This document shows, in pieces, positions 1 through 11,950 of a stretch of DNA of 64,000 bases. Source of the stretch: Callorhinchus milii (lineage: Eukaryota). Within the stretch, counting starts at the first letter, position 1; every line of letters begins with the position of its first letter. The DNA lies in NCBI RefSeq assembly GCF_018977255.1, contig NW_024704742.1, positions 12,154,001-12,218,000 on the forward strand, written 5' to 3'. Under the pieces are notes generated by a model that was given only the letters and a program-made list of their open reading frames with translations, ran no database searches and had not been told where the DNA came from. Position numbers and translations under genes: made by a program.

Positions 1-289
1 TAATCCTCACATTTGATATAGCGCTTTTCACATCTTCTAGATGTCTCAAAGCACTTCACAGAATATACTGTAAAGTGAATTGACTGTATATTTTATGGGT
101 GAAACGTGGCAGCCAATTGTGCACAGCAGTGTCCCACAAACAATCATGGATTGAGTGACCAAATTATTATTGTTTTTTACTTCAGGCATGTAGAGTAAGG
201 AAACTTGCCCATGGTTTCGTCCTGCCCGGAATTGAACCGAGGTCTCTCGCTTGCCAAGCAATGCTTTAACCACCAAACTGCAGGACTCC
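1..289 (-). mobile_element. tRNA-Ala-derived SINE with L2-type tail (short subfamily, older loop)
   Basis: Minus strand reads GGAGTCCTGCAG...GGTTCAATTCC (A/B boxes), then the GGGCAAGTTTCCTTACTC core, CAATTGGCTGCC and the tail GAGACATCTAGAAGATGTGAAAAGCGCTATATCAAAT; homologous to about 30 other copies here. Confidence 0.9.
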
Positions 290-391
290 GTCTAACCCGT
301 GAAGCACTTTGAGATGTCTCAACCACATTATAAGACGCTATATCAAATGCAAGGATTATTATTACTATATTGGTTGGTGATATAAATGTTA

Positions 392-500
392 GCTTGGCTC
401 AGTTGGCAGCACTCTCACTTCTGAATCAGACGTTTATGGGTTCAGGCTCTACCCACAACTGGGCTTTGACTCCTTCCTGGATAATATCAAGATGCCTGAC
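392..500 (+). mobile_element. 5' head of an older tRNA-derived Deu-type SINE, degraded
   Basis: GGCTCAGTTGGCAGCACTCTCACTTCTGAATCAG...GGGTTCAGGCTC matches the head of the minus-strand copy at 14.9 kb. Confidence 0.5.
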
Positions 501-1290
501 TGTGCTCTCCTGAAAACAGCACAGGCAATGTGTGTTAATCACTGCATTGTTCCTAAGTTCAGGATCCAATTTCCCAAATCCGCAAATCAACAATTGCAGG
601 TTGTCCTGTCAGATAAACACCACCTGTCTATGTGAACAATCTAAATCTGTACACATCAAGAGTACTAAAAGCTTGGAGCTGCTTTCAGTTGCTTATTTTA
701 GTACAATGGATCTGCTAGGGCATCCATATGCATTCTGCAGAAAACAGTCCACACACTGCTCAGTAATGTGTAATAATTGTATCCAATAAGGGGTTAACTA
801 TGAGGCTATGAATAATTAAATTAATTTCTTTGAATCGTGGTAATTTTTCAAATGTGTAGCAAACATCTTACTACATGCCCAGGGCTGCATGATTATGTTC
901 TCACCTAACTATACACAGTGAGCATGTAGTCTTTATACAATCCTGCCTTTGAAATCTAGCAGAATAGAGCTTCACAAAGGTAACAACAATGAATATTAAG
1001 CATAATATTGCATAATAAGCATAACTGGGTCTCAGTACTGCTTTTTTCCCATCTTTGCCACAATGTCCTCCTCACCCTATCTCACAAAAAAAAGCCACCC
1101 AAATCCTTGTTAGCCCCACCTAACCCTCCCCCACTCCCTGGTTCTGCTGCCAAAGCTAATTCAGATCAGGTCCCAGCTCCTTCGCACCATTATCAGTAGC
1201 CAAATCTTCAGTTATCTCACCCTTAGCCTGTGGAACTTGCTCCTTCTAACCTTCAAGCTAACTCTATCTATCTCTCTTTACAGGACTTGT

Positions 1291-1663
1291 GGAGTACTGT
1301 AGTGTAGTGTTTGGAGCATTTGTTTCGCAAGTGAGAGGACCTGGGTTTGATTACCAGGCAGCAAGAAACATTGGGCAATTTTCCTTACTCCACACGCCTC
1401 TCTTTACCAAGCATAAGTAGGAACCCGGTTGTTATTCGATTGGTGGATCGCTTTTCTGATGGTAACAATCCCTTCAGAGTAAATAAAAATAATTTTGTCA
1501 CACAATCCGCGACTGTTTGTGGGACACTGCTGTGGGCAATTGGCTGCCACATTTCGTCCACAAAATATAGCCAATTCACTTTACAGTATATTCTGTGAAG
1601 CACTTTGAGACGTCTCGAATACATGATATGGCTTTATATCAAATGCAAGGATTATTATTATTA
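1291..1663 (+). mobile_element. tRNA-Ala SINE, long subfamily
   Basis: tRNA head, central segment TTTACCAAGCATAAGTAGGAACCCGG...GGATCGCTTTT, L2-like tail ending (TTA)n. Confidence 0.9.
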
Positions 1664-2069
1664 TACCTATTCAGTTTTTGGGGGTATTATTCTATTACAG
1701 TCCTCGGGGTGGGAATTATTATCATCCAAAATCAATTAAAGTAGCCTCTATATCCTCTCTTCCCAATACAGCGCAGGTGTTTGTGAAGGCAGTGGGAACT
1801 TTAATCTGCGTAGCTCTGTGGATAAGTTGTGAGATAAATGGTTTTCCAGCATTTACCGCAGTAAGGAAGGGCAAAATAGTTTAACCCCACCAAGGTCTTG
1901 AGGAATTATGGTGTTTATGTACTTAATCTGACCTCATGGAACCTTAATGCAATGAACTGCTATTGACGCCTAACAGAATGATTTTATAATCCAAGTAAGT
2001 GTATTTTAACCTTTTTTTTACAGTACTCAGGTCTATGTACTCAAGTGGAAGAGATTGGTGAAACAGCTG

Positions 2070-2293
2070 CCGAATTGGTACAGGGACAAGTGGATTAAGG
2101 AGCAAAACCCGTGGCTGAAAGAGTGGTGTGGGAGGCCGGGTTTTCAATTTATGAGTCACTGGCACCAGTTTTGGAGGAAGAAGGAGCTATTCCATCATGA
2201 TGGGCTCTACATAAACCGGGCAGGGTGAAATATCCTGGCAAAACAAATAATTAGAGAGGTAGATAGAGCCCATGTTGAAAAGGCTTTGAACTA
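2070..2293 (+). mobile_element. CR1 LINE ORF1 remnant (SGNH-esterase-like C-terminus), first piece of host CR1
   Basis: Hand translation NPWLKEWCGRPGFQFMSHWHQFWRKKELFHHDGLYINRAG*NILA resembles the CR1 ORF1p esterase (DGLH motif); lies directly upstream of a CR1 endonuclease. Confidence 0.75.
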
Positions 2294-2590
2294 CAACAAC
2301 AACAAAAAAATTACATTTATAGAGCGCCTTTTATGTCAGGAGGATGTCCCAAAACGCTGAACAGTCAGGTGTCGGGGCCTGAGCATGGGGGGGGGGGTGG
2401 TGTAGGGGTGAGGGAAGCAGAGAGGTGGGAGGGAGACCAAAAGCACAGTCGAAGAGAAGGTTCTTGAGACTGGCCTTGAAGGATGCGAGGGAGGAAGCGA
2501 GGTGAAGGGACCATGGGATGGAGTTCCAGAGTGTGGGGGCAGAGAGGTTGAAAGCCCGGCCACCGATTGTAGGGTGAGTCTAGGTGTAGC
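2294..2590 (-). mobile_element. L2 LINE 3' fragment inserted between CR1 ORF1 and ORF2
   Basis: (CAA)n tail; minus strand encodes LWNSIPWSLHLASSLASFKASLKNLLFD followed by the L2 3' stem-loop. Confidence 0.85.
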
Positions 2591-3821
2591 AAATCAAAAT
2601 GTGAGAGAAAAACATTGTCAGAGCATGTAGACAAGTTAGTGACAGCTACCCAAATAAAAATTATGTACACAAATGCACGTAGCATAGGAAATAAAACATG
2701 CGAATTGGAAGGACAAATTCAGCTCAAAAGGGTATGATGTAGTAGCCATTACAGAGACCTGGTTACAAGCTGAGCAGGACTGGGACTAAATATTCCAGAC
2801 CATAAGATCTTTAGAAAAGATTGAGACATTGGGAAAGGAGGAGGAGTAGCATAAAAGTAGCACAGTAGATAAAAGACACTATTGCAGCAATGGAAAGGAG
2901 AGATTTCAGTCAGGGCAACCAGGTAGCAGAAACACTGTGGGTAGAAATAAGGAACAGCAAAGGAAGTAAGAATCTATTGGGAGTAGTTTACAGACCTCCA
3001 GAGAGTTGTGATTTAGTGGAGAAATATATAAAGACGGAGATCAGGGAAACATGTAGCAAAAGCAAAGTGGTTATAATAGGAGATTTTAATTTTCACATAG
3101 ATTGGGAGAAGTAGAACACTTCAGGTAATAAAGGTAACAAATTTCTCGAATGTATTCAGGACAGCTTTTTCGAACAATATGTGTTAGAACCAATAAGAGT
3201 GCAAGCCATACTAGATTTGGTGATGAGGAATGAGCCAGATTTAGTCAATAATCTGACAGTAAGGGAACACCTTGCAAATAGTGATCATAATATGATTGAA
3301 TTTGACATTAGATTTGAGAGGGAAAAGGGGGGAGTCCCAAACCAAGGTGCTAAATTCAAGTAAGGCAAACTTCAACGGGATGAGGAATATATTGAACACA
3401 GTAAACTGGGCTGAATTGCTAGTGGGTAAACCTACAGATGAGCAATAGGAAGTATTCAAAAAAGTACTTGATACTGTGCAGAACAAATACATACCCCTAA
3501 AATACAAAGGCTCCAATCATGTAGTTAAACAGCCATGGTGGACAAAATCGGTTAGAGATTCCATCAAGCTAAACAAAGAAGCTTACTCAAATGCAAAAGG
3601 TAGCGGGAATTCAGAGGACTGGGAGAAATATAACAGGCAACAAAGGGAGACGACAAAAGTCATAAAAGGAGCAAAAAGGGAATAGGAACAAAACCTTGCA
3701 AGGGACATCAAAACCAATCGTAAGAGCTTTTATAAATATATCAAGAGAAAGAGAATGGTAAAGGCGAATGTGGGTCCACTAAAGTCAGATCTAGGTGAGA
3801 CTATAATGGAAAATAAAGATA
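2591..3821 (+). mobile_element. Host CR1 ORF2: APE endonuclease and linker, disrupted
   Basis: IMYTNARSIGNK, AITETWL, GVVYRPP, IIGDFN, LDLV and SDH motifs with stops and frameshifts; continues in register at 6083. Confidence 0.92.
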
Positions 3822-6082
3822 ACATAACATAAGATAACATAACATAACACATGTAGGAGCCCTTCGAGCTTGTCCCGCCATTCAATTATGGCTGATCTTC
3901 TAAGCTAACTCCAGCTAATAACAGCCTTGTCCCCATATCCCTTAATCCCTTTTACAATAAGAAATCTATCTATCTCAATCTTGAATATGTTCAAGGTGAG
4001 TGTCAACAGCCCTTTGGGATAGTGAGTTCCATACATTCACCACCCTTTGAGTGAAGAAGTTCTTCCTCAACTCAGTGCAAAAGGGCTGGCCTCTGATTTT
4101 AAGGTTGTGACCCCTGGTTTTAGTTTCTCCAACCAGGAGAAACAATCTCCCACTATCTATTCTATCATGCCCTTTGATGATCTTATAGGTTTCTATAAGA
4201 ACCCCTTCTTCTATATTCTAGAGAATAGAGGCCCAAATTGGTCAGCCTATCCTCGTAACTCATCCCCTTCATCCCTGATACTAACTAACCTAGTAAATCT
4301 ATGCTGCACCCCCTCTGTTAGAATTTACACTTTTTGTATAATGTTAGAATCATAATAGATGTTGCGAATGGGTTAACTTTTAAGCTAAGTGTGTTGTGGG
4401 CAGCTGGACTGAAACTCCCTGCATGTACACGAGATAACGGACTGTCTCAAGGACAGTGTGTTTGTGTGCTGAGGCACGTACACCCCATGAGATGTTCACG
4501 TGAACCCAGCATGATTTTGGCCAGGTGACCTAATGTCCGCACCATGATTGGATGGACACAAGCTTAAAACACAGTGCCAGACCAAGATCGCGCGCCCGGG
4601 ACAGTACCTACCATGGATGGAAGACTGACACCTAGAAGACAGAAATAGACGACCACGAGGAGGAATTACGCGGTAGTATTGTTCTGTTAGTAAATTGATT
4701 GATTGTGCTTACTTGCCCACACCCATTGGGAACTTGGAGGGATCCTGGAGTTTAATAAACACTACTCTGGTTGCAAACAGTGGTTGTGTTTGATTGGAAC
4801 TCGAAAAGAAGATTTTATTTACCAACACCTCCAAGGCAAGTACATCCTTCCTTAAATAAGGAGACCAAAACTGCACACAGTATTCCAGGTGTGGTCTCAC
4901 CAGGGTCCTATACAGTTGCAGCAAGACTTCCGTACTCTTATACTCTAATCCTTTCATAATGAATGCTAACATCCCGTTTGCCTTCCTAATTGCTGCTGCA
5001 CCTTCAGACTAACTTTCTGTGATTGGTGTACAAGGACACCCAATTCCCTCTGGACGCTAACACATTCCAATCTCTCCCCTTCTAAAAAAAACCCGCTCTA
5101 CTGTTTTTGCTACCTAGGTGGATGACTTCGTACTTCTGTACATTATACTTCATCTGCCACCTATCTGCCCAATCACCTAACCTATCTATGTTTCGCTGCA
5201 TTTTTTTAATGTCGTCCTCTGTGTTGACACTTCCTCCAAGTTTTGTGTCATCCGCGAATTTAGATATATTATCTTCGATGTCCTCATCTAGATCGTTGAT
5301 GTAGGTCCAAGTACAGATCCTTGTGGCACTCCACCCGCCAATCTGAAAAGGACCTGTTTATCCCTACTCTTTGTTTCCTACCCGTTAACCATTCCCCAAT
5401 CCACGTTAATATGCTCCTCCCAATTCCATGGGTCCTTATCTTTTGGACTAACCTTTTATGCGGCACCTTATCGAATGCCTTCTGGAAGTCCAAATAGACC
5501 ACATCCACATCCACATCCACTGATTCACCCTCATCAAGTTTACTGGAAATATCCTCAAAAAACACTGAGATTCGTCAAACATGACTTCACTTTTGTAAAA
5601 CCATGTTGATTTGGCCTAATTATATTGTGCTCCCCTAAATACTGCACTAAATATCTTTAATCAATGATTCTAAAATTTTTCCTATCACTGATGTGAGACT
5701 AACTGGCCTATCTTTTCCATCTTTTCCTTTCCACCTTTTTTAAATAGTGGTGTGACATTTGCGATCTTCCAATCCATGGGGACTGTTCCAGAATCCAAAG
5801 AAATTTGGAAGATCAGACATAAGGCCTCCACTGTCCCATAAGCTCCTCTTTTAAAACCCTGGGATGCAAACCATCCGGACCAGGGGATTTGTCACTTTTT
5901 GGTGCTAACAGTTTCCCTAGCACCAATTCTCTACTAATGAAAATTTCCCTAAGTTGCTCCCTGTCCTTATCCCTTTGGTGCATCTCCATTGTTGGCAGAC
6001 TTGTTGTGTCTTCTAGGGTGAAGACAGATGCAAAGTACCCATTCAGGGACTCTGCCACATCCTTATCCCCCATTACAACTTT
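3822..6082 (-). mobile_element. 5'-truncated CR1 LINE (RT plus 3' end) inserted inversely into host CR1; 4-bp TSD GATA (3818-3821 / 6083-6086)
   Basis: Minus ORFs KSPGPDGLHPRVLKE, YLDFQKAFDKVPH and LYRTLVRPHLEYCVQFW; (AACAT)n tail at 3821-3850; host frame MENKD|MADLLNKYF rejoins across it. Confidence 0.92.
4316..4827 (+). mobile_element. Solo LTR, 512 bp (Gypsy- or ERV1-type)
   Basis: Starts TGTTAG, ends CCAACA, 4-bp TSD CCTC (4312-4315 / 4828-4831), AATAAA at 4754; removal restores CR1 sequence CTGCACCCCCTCCAAGGCAAG. Strand inferred from the polyA signal. Confidence 0.85.
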
Positions 6083-7841
6083 GATATGGCTGACTTGCTA
6101 AATAAGTACTTTGCTACAGTTTTTACAGTAGAAGATGAGGATGAAATACCAAGCAAACAATTCCTTTGAACCTGAAAATAAGTCGAAAAGAAATACTTAA
6201 TAAATTAATATAAATAAAAAAATGGTGATGGAGAAAACAATGAGACTCAAAATAGACAAAATCTCCAGGATCTGACAGTTTCCACCCCAGGGTATTAAAG
6301 GAAATAGGAGAGGAAATTGCAGATGCATTGATCATGATTTTCCAAAGCTCACTAGATTCGGGAATTGTGCCCTTAGATTGGAAAATTACCAATGTCACCC
6401 CTTTATTTAGGAAGGGAGAGAGGGAGAAACCAGGAAATTACAGAGCTGACGGTTTAACTTCAGATGTAGGGAAATTACTGGAATCCATCATCAGGGACAG
6501 AGTGACTGAACATTTGGAGAGGTATGAGCTTATCAAAGGGAGTCAGCATGGGTTTGTAAAGGGTAGGTCATGCCTAACTAATCTAGTTGAATTTTTTGAG
6601 GAAGCCACTAAAATGGTCGATAAGAGAGTGTCTATGGATGTCGTTTGCATGGACTTTCAGGAGGCATTTGATAAGGTTCCACACAAAAGATTATTGGCAA
6701 ACATAGAAGCGCACGGAATCGGAGGTGACCTTGTGACGTGGCTTCGCAATTGGTTGGGAGGCAGAAAACAGAGGGTAGGGATTAAGGGAACGTTCTCTGA
6801 TTGGGAGGACGTGACAAGTGGTGTCCCTCAGGGGTCTGTACTGGGACCTCAGCTTTTTGCCAGATACATAAATGATTTGGAAGAAGAAGTAGAAAGTTTA
6901 TATCAAAGTTTGCAGATGGGAGGCTCAGCAAGTAGTGAAGATGGGAGTAGGAAGTTACAGATTAAGTGAGTGCATTGATCATGATTTTCAGCTGTATAGA
7001 GCGTTAGTCAGACCCCACCTGGAGTACTGCATTGAGTTTTGGGCACCACACCCCAGGAAAGATACATTGGCCTTGGAGAGGCTGCACAGGTTCACCAGAA
7101 TGTTACCAGGCCAAAAAGGGTTAGGTTATGAGGAAAGGCTGTGTAAACTTAGATTGTATTCCCTCGAGTTTAGAAGATTGAGGGGTGATTTGATAGAGGT
7201 TTTTAGGATGATAAATGGATTTGATAGGGTAGATGCAGAAAAGCTATATTCTATGTTGGGGGAGTGCAAAACAAGGGGGCATGGTCTTAAAATTAGAACC
7301 AGCCCATTTAAGAGTGAACTTAGGAAGCATATTTTCACTCAAAGGGTGGTAGAAATCTGGAACTGTCTCCCACAAAAGGTTGTGGATGCTGGATCCATCC
7401 ACATCTTCAAGAAAGAGATTGACAGATTTTTGGTAGGTTGAGGTATTAAGGGATACAGGGAGAAAGCGGAAAATTGGATTTGAAATTCTAGTAAAGATAT
7501 AGATCAGCCATGATCTATATGGGATAAATTATCTTTATCTCAGAGTCCTGTAGCTCAGCAGTTAGAGCACTCGCTTTGCAAGCGAGAGACCTGAGTTCAA
7601 TTCCAGGCAGGACGAAACCTTGGGCAAGTTTCCTTACTCCACACGCCTAATAATAATCCCTCCAAACCAAAAACAATAATAAATTGGTCATTTTCAATCT
7701 ACGACTGTTTGTGGGACATTGCTGTGCGCAATTGGCTGCCGCGTTCGCCCACAAATATACAGTCAATTCACTATACAGTGTGTTCTGTGAAGCGCTTTGG
7801 GACGTCCTCCCGACGTGAAAAGCGCTATATCAAATGCAAGG

Positions 7842-7876
<35 letters not shown>

Positions 7877-7946
7877 GATCTAATTAAATGGCAGAACAGG
7901 CTCGAAGGGCTGAATGGCCTACTCCTGTTCCTATGTTCCTATGTTC
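6083..7946 (+). mobile_element. Host CR1 ORF2 RT domain and 3' end (internal deletion near 6970; SINE inserted in 3' UTR)
   Basis: ORF 6328-6969 has QHGF, SCLTNL, DFQEAFDKVPH and [13 protein letters not shown] 6935-7441 has LYRALVRPHLEYC...WN; terminal (CCTATGTT)n repeat. Confidence 0.93.
7542..7874 (+). mobile_element. tRNA-Ala SINE, young short subfamily; TSD ATGATCTA (7510-7517 / 7875-7882)
   Basis: Intact head, tail GGGACGTCCTCCCGACGTGAAAAGCGCT, long (TTA)n and an 8-bp target duplication in the CR1 3' UTR. Confidence 0.95.
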
Positions 7947-9867
7947 ATTTTTACAGAGTAAAGGTGATTTGACATTACTGCTGAAAGCTGAAGTACCAGT
8001 ATTTCCTTGGCATTGTGGAACCCAGTGCTGACAAAAAAACAATTAACAAACTACAACTGTCAAATCACCCAATGGGGAGAAAGAGACAGAGTTTGCGAAA
8101 CATTATAAATCATGAGACCTTATGAATCATATCAGGGATATGGCTGCCATTTATCACTCCTGAAATAGCCTCCAGCTTCATTTAGTTAATATACAATCTT
8201 GCCAAATTGCACCTAATATTGCCCAGAATTAGGTAAGGGTAAGGGTTTGTCCCTCCAAAGGCAGAGAGAGCATTCTATTCCAGGCATACGGAAATGTCCA
8301 TGTGTAAGTGGCATATATATGTGGAACTCTGTCTGGTTTGGATACTCTTAAGCATTGTGATGGACTTCAGACTGCAGCTGACCCCCATAGAAAGGAGTCG
8401 ATGTGGGGCATAGTCTATTCTTACTGTCCCATGGTAGCTTTATGCATTTAAATTAATAATCATACTAGGTTCTACCTCCTATATTTCACAATGCAAGTTT
8501 GACCATCTCATCTCCTTACTCTGTTCATCCTTGTCAGTTTGCTGCAAAAGATGTTTTGAGCAAAAGTGTGACTCTTAATCGTGCCCAATCTCATTAACCT
8601 GACATTTGTTTCTTAAAGGGTGGTTCCCGGGAGATGGTTCTTATACATCTCACTGGCCAAGAGCAACATACACCTCAACTTCTTTGACCAGAAAATACAA
8701 CAACTCAGGCACATCCCCTGCACTTGAAGGAATCAATCAAGTCTAATGCAAGATTATGTCACATACGACACCTTCCCCTAATTAAAGAGGAAGCTTCAGG
8801 AAGTTTAGCAGTTTAAGTTCAAGATTTAAAAAGAGACTGGAACACAAAATAAATATTACAAGGGAGATCTGACCTAAGTAAAGCTAGGTGGGATGTAGGG
8901 TGAAGGTGTTATTTTCTGTTGTTGGTACATTTACCAACTCTGACACTGTGAGAGGATTATTTTCTATATTTCCTGATTATTTTCATGAATTTCGAGAACA
9001 TGGCAGTGGTGCTTATACAGCAAAGATACCATTATAAGTGCACGCTGCCAAGGTTGGTAACTTTGCTGACCAGCAGAGCCGAGTCCCCTTAACGCACTTA
9101 TTAATTGCTTAAGGTGTCTTCATTTTAAAGACTAGGAAATAAATTTATGAATGTGTATTTAATAATGGCCTTCACCTTCTCTCACAATGTGGAGAAAGTA
9201 TTTAACATTTTAGAACTGAATTTATTTCACTTCATGTCTGTTTATGGAACATTGTTGGGTGCACATTGGTCATGTTGGCCCACAAAATACACAATTGCTG
9301 CACCTTTACAGTATATCCTGTGAAGCTTTGGGTTGTCCTCCTGAAATGAAATGTATGCCAAATGTAAAGAGATTCTTATTATTACTGAATCGGAGTTGAT
9401 TGATTCAAACTTTCAAACAATTGAAATAATATGTATTGGAGCCATTAAGCAATTGATCCTCTGTACACTGATGTTGTTTCTGACGGGTCTTTCCTCTTAG
9501 CGCATTTTTTTTGTCAGTCAGTGCCTGACACATGACACATTACCACACTCAATAGTATCGAAACCAAACTGAGAGTTCCATGCATCTCACTTGCACCTGG
9601 AAATTCAGAAATAACTCTACATATTGCATTGCTTCTTTTTCAAGAACCGAAGTGAAGTTTGTTGATGGAATCAGATTTCTTATTAAATAACTCTGCTTAA
9701 TATCACATATTCAACCCTGTTATTGCTGGAAAAGTTAAGTTCACAGCAAATGGATCATGGGCTCAAGATCGCAAAGCGAAAGGTGAACAAATTGTTTAGA
9801 TTTCATTACATTATGCAGAAGGTGGTGGAACTTTTTAACCAAGAAGGTAGCGAAGGTAGAAATGTAA

Positions 9868-10108
9868 TATAATAATTATCCTTGCATTGGATATAGCGCC
9901 TTATTATGTCTTCAAGATATCTCAAAGTGCTTCACAAAATATACTGTTAATTGTAGTGACTGTTTTTTCGATCACCCTCCAACTGCCCCGTCTGTCATCC
10001 CTCCTAATCCCAACCCCTAGTTCGGGTGTGTATTCCTGACTGCCCAGCGCTTGAGACATCCTCCTATTGTGAAGGGCACTACACAAATGTAATTTGTTGT
10101 TGTTGCTC
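9868..10108. mobile_element. SINE tail (-, about 9868-9955) next to an L2 3' tail (+, about 9970-10108)
   Basis: ATCCTTGCATTGGATATAGCGCC tail; CCCTGAC-like stem with GAGACATCCTCC...GTGAAGGGCACT and (TTG)n. Confidence 0.7.
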
Positions 10109-11739
10109 AGTTGATCACCTGGATACATTCTGTGAATGGTTAATAATTTCTTCCAATGTCCTTTTCCTTTGCCACTTTTTTTTAATGGCTTTTCATTTAT
10201 CTATGATTCACGCTTTCTGCTCCATCTTGGTTTAATTTGCATTTATCCATATTAAAATTGAGCCACTATTTATTTAACTCATCTACTTAATTAGTCCACA
10301 TTTCTTCGAGTGTCATTAATCTCCCTTATATGAGTCACCTAGCTACGTAAGTTGCGTGCTGTTATCAGCAATTTTATACATCTTACTGTTTGTGCCCTTC
10401 TATGTAGCATCTATGACTAGTGCAAACAGCCTCAAGGACATATCTCTTGTAACATGTGCTGTAGCTGCAGTGGGAAAAGGAGAAAATGTGAGTGGAGAAA
10501 TAATTATTATTAATAATTATTATATTATTATATTCTTACCAGGAAGTTGAGCATTAATTGACAGCAAGGCACTCTGATATCCACTGGAAGTGCTGCCCAG
10601 CAAAATAAGCCCAATACATTTGCACATCATGTCCTATCACACACAAAAAACACAAGAAAGTTTTTCTGTGGGCCAGATGTATTGGCACATCTGTTATGCA
10701 TTGAACTTAATTAGGCTGCAGGGTTGCGTTTTCACAGCAGGTTTTTATTCTAGGAAATGATGGAATGCTGCAAATGGTAAACCTATATATCACTAAGTGA
10801 AAATGTTGACAATTTCTAGAAAATAAACATATCATGCAACATAAAAAGATTTGGATTTTGTGTTGCTGTTTAGCCCAGAGGGAAATGTCTGAAAAGACGA
10901 GATCTAATGTTTCTTTGCATTTTTAATTGTTTATTTTAATGGAGTTTCTTGTGGTTGACATCATCAGTAGAAATAAACATCAAATCCATTTCCCTTAATA
11001 ATCGGTTCAGGTTTTAATGAGTCTCAGTTAAAAGTACAAAATCATTCAGGTTCATTATGCAGTTTGTTGAAAGAAATCTGATCTTTAGTTAGGTACTATT
11101 GATTTTCTGATTTTCAATGGTAACTTGAAGCTCAATGGGTAGCAGTTGCCCTGCAATATTGTGAAGAATTGAAAGCATTATTTTTATTTGAATTAAAGTG
11201 AACACACATGCAGAACAGTTTAGCAAAATGCCATCTGGATGAAACAAGTGCTACTTAACGGAATGAAAATAAATGAAAAGATTCTGCATATTGAAAATGC
11301 TGGGCGGAAACCATTATAGAACTCCTGATTGATCTGAACAAGGTAGTTGGGACGAATAATCAGAACCAGATTTCATACTCTATAGCTGGAACTGCAAATA
11401 ACAGCGTGTAAATTGTGGTGATTTGCAATGTGAGAATTTATAATAACTTCAAGTCATAATTGGGGTCTCTGCTGGTAACTTGAAGTACATCACACTAACC
11501 CACAGGACCCTCCAGCCTGAGACAACCTGCTGTCTGAGCAACCATGGATTGGCTAGAAGCTCTTCCAGTCTAGGACGGATTCTCCAGTTGCAACTTAATT
11601 GTCTCCCATTACCAAAAAAACCAACAGCCATCCTCCCAATGGGCACGTGGACCATTGGTTCGTGCCGGAGTGTTTCGTTTTGGGTCCATTCACTGGCAGA
11701 TTATTTACAAATCATTTTTTTAAAAAAATAGTAGCCCCT

Positions 11740-11950
11740 CAATGTGTTACTTTTACATGACCTTACAGTGTCGAGGGCATGAGCAGATACCCCAGTGCAA
11801 TACTGGGGGAGCCCTGTATTGTCAGAGCTGCCACTTATGCTGCCACTTATGCTGCCACTTTGGCTTATGCCAAAAGGTATCAAACTGAAGTCTGGTCTGC
11901 CTGTTCAGAAGGGGATTGTTGATGCATGGTGTGGAAAAATCTTGATGTGA
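11740..11950 (+). mobile_element. Degraded Deu-domain SINE (SacSINE1/AmnSINE1-like) with a 12-bp internal triplication
   Basis: CCAGTGCAAATACTGGGGGAGCCCTGTATTGTCAGAGCTGCC...AAACTGAAGTCTGGTCTGCCTGTTCAG resembles the Deu domain as recalled; GCTGCCACTTAT x3 at 11827-11861. Confidence 0.6.

Noticed and set aside
6328..7441. Functional reverse transcriptase gene (retron- or DGR-like system)
   Set aside because: CR1 ORF2 with stops, frameshifts and a deletion; all RT ORFs here are CR1 or L2 fragments and none is intact.
7709..7972. Recurring small ORF family ending IKCKDYYYY
   Set aside because: Translation of the SINE tail and its (TTA)n repeat.
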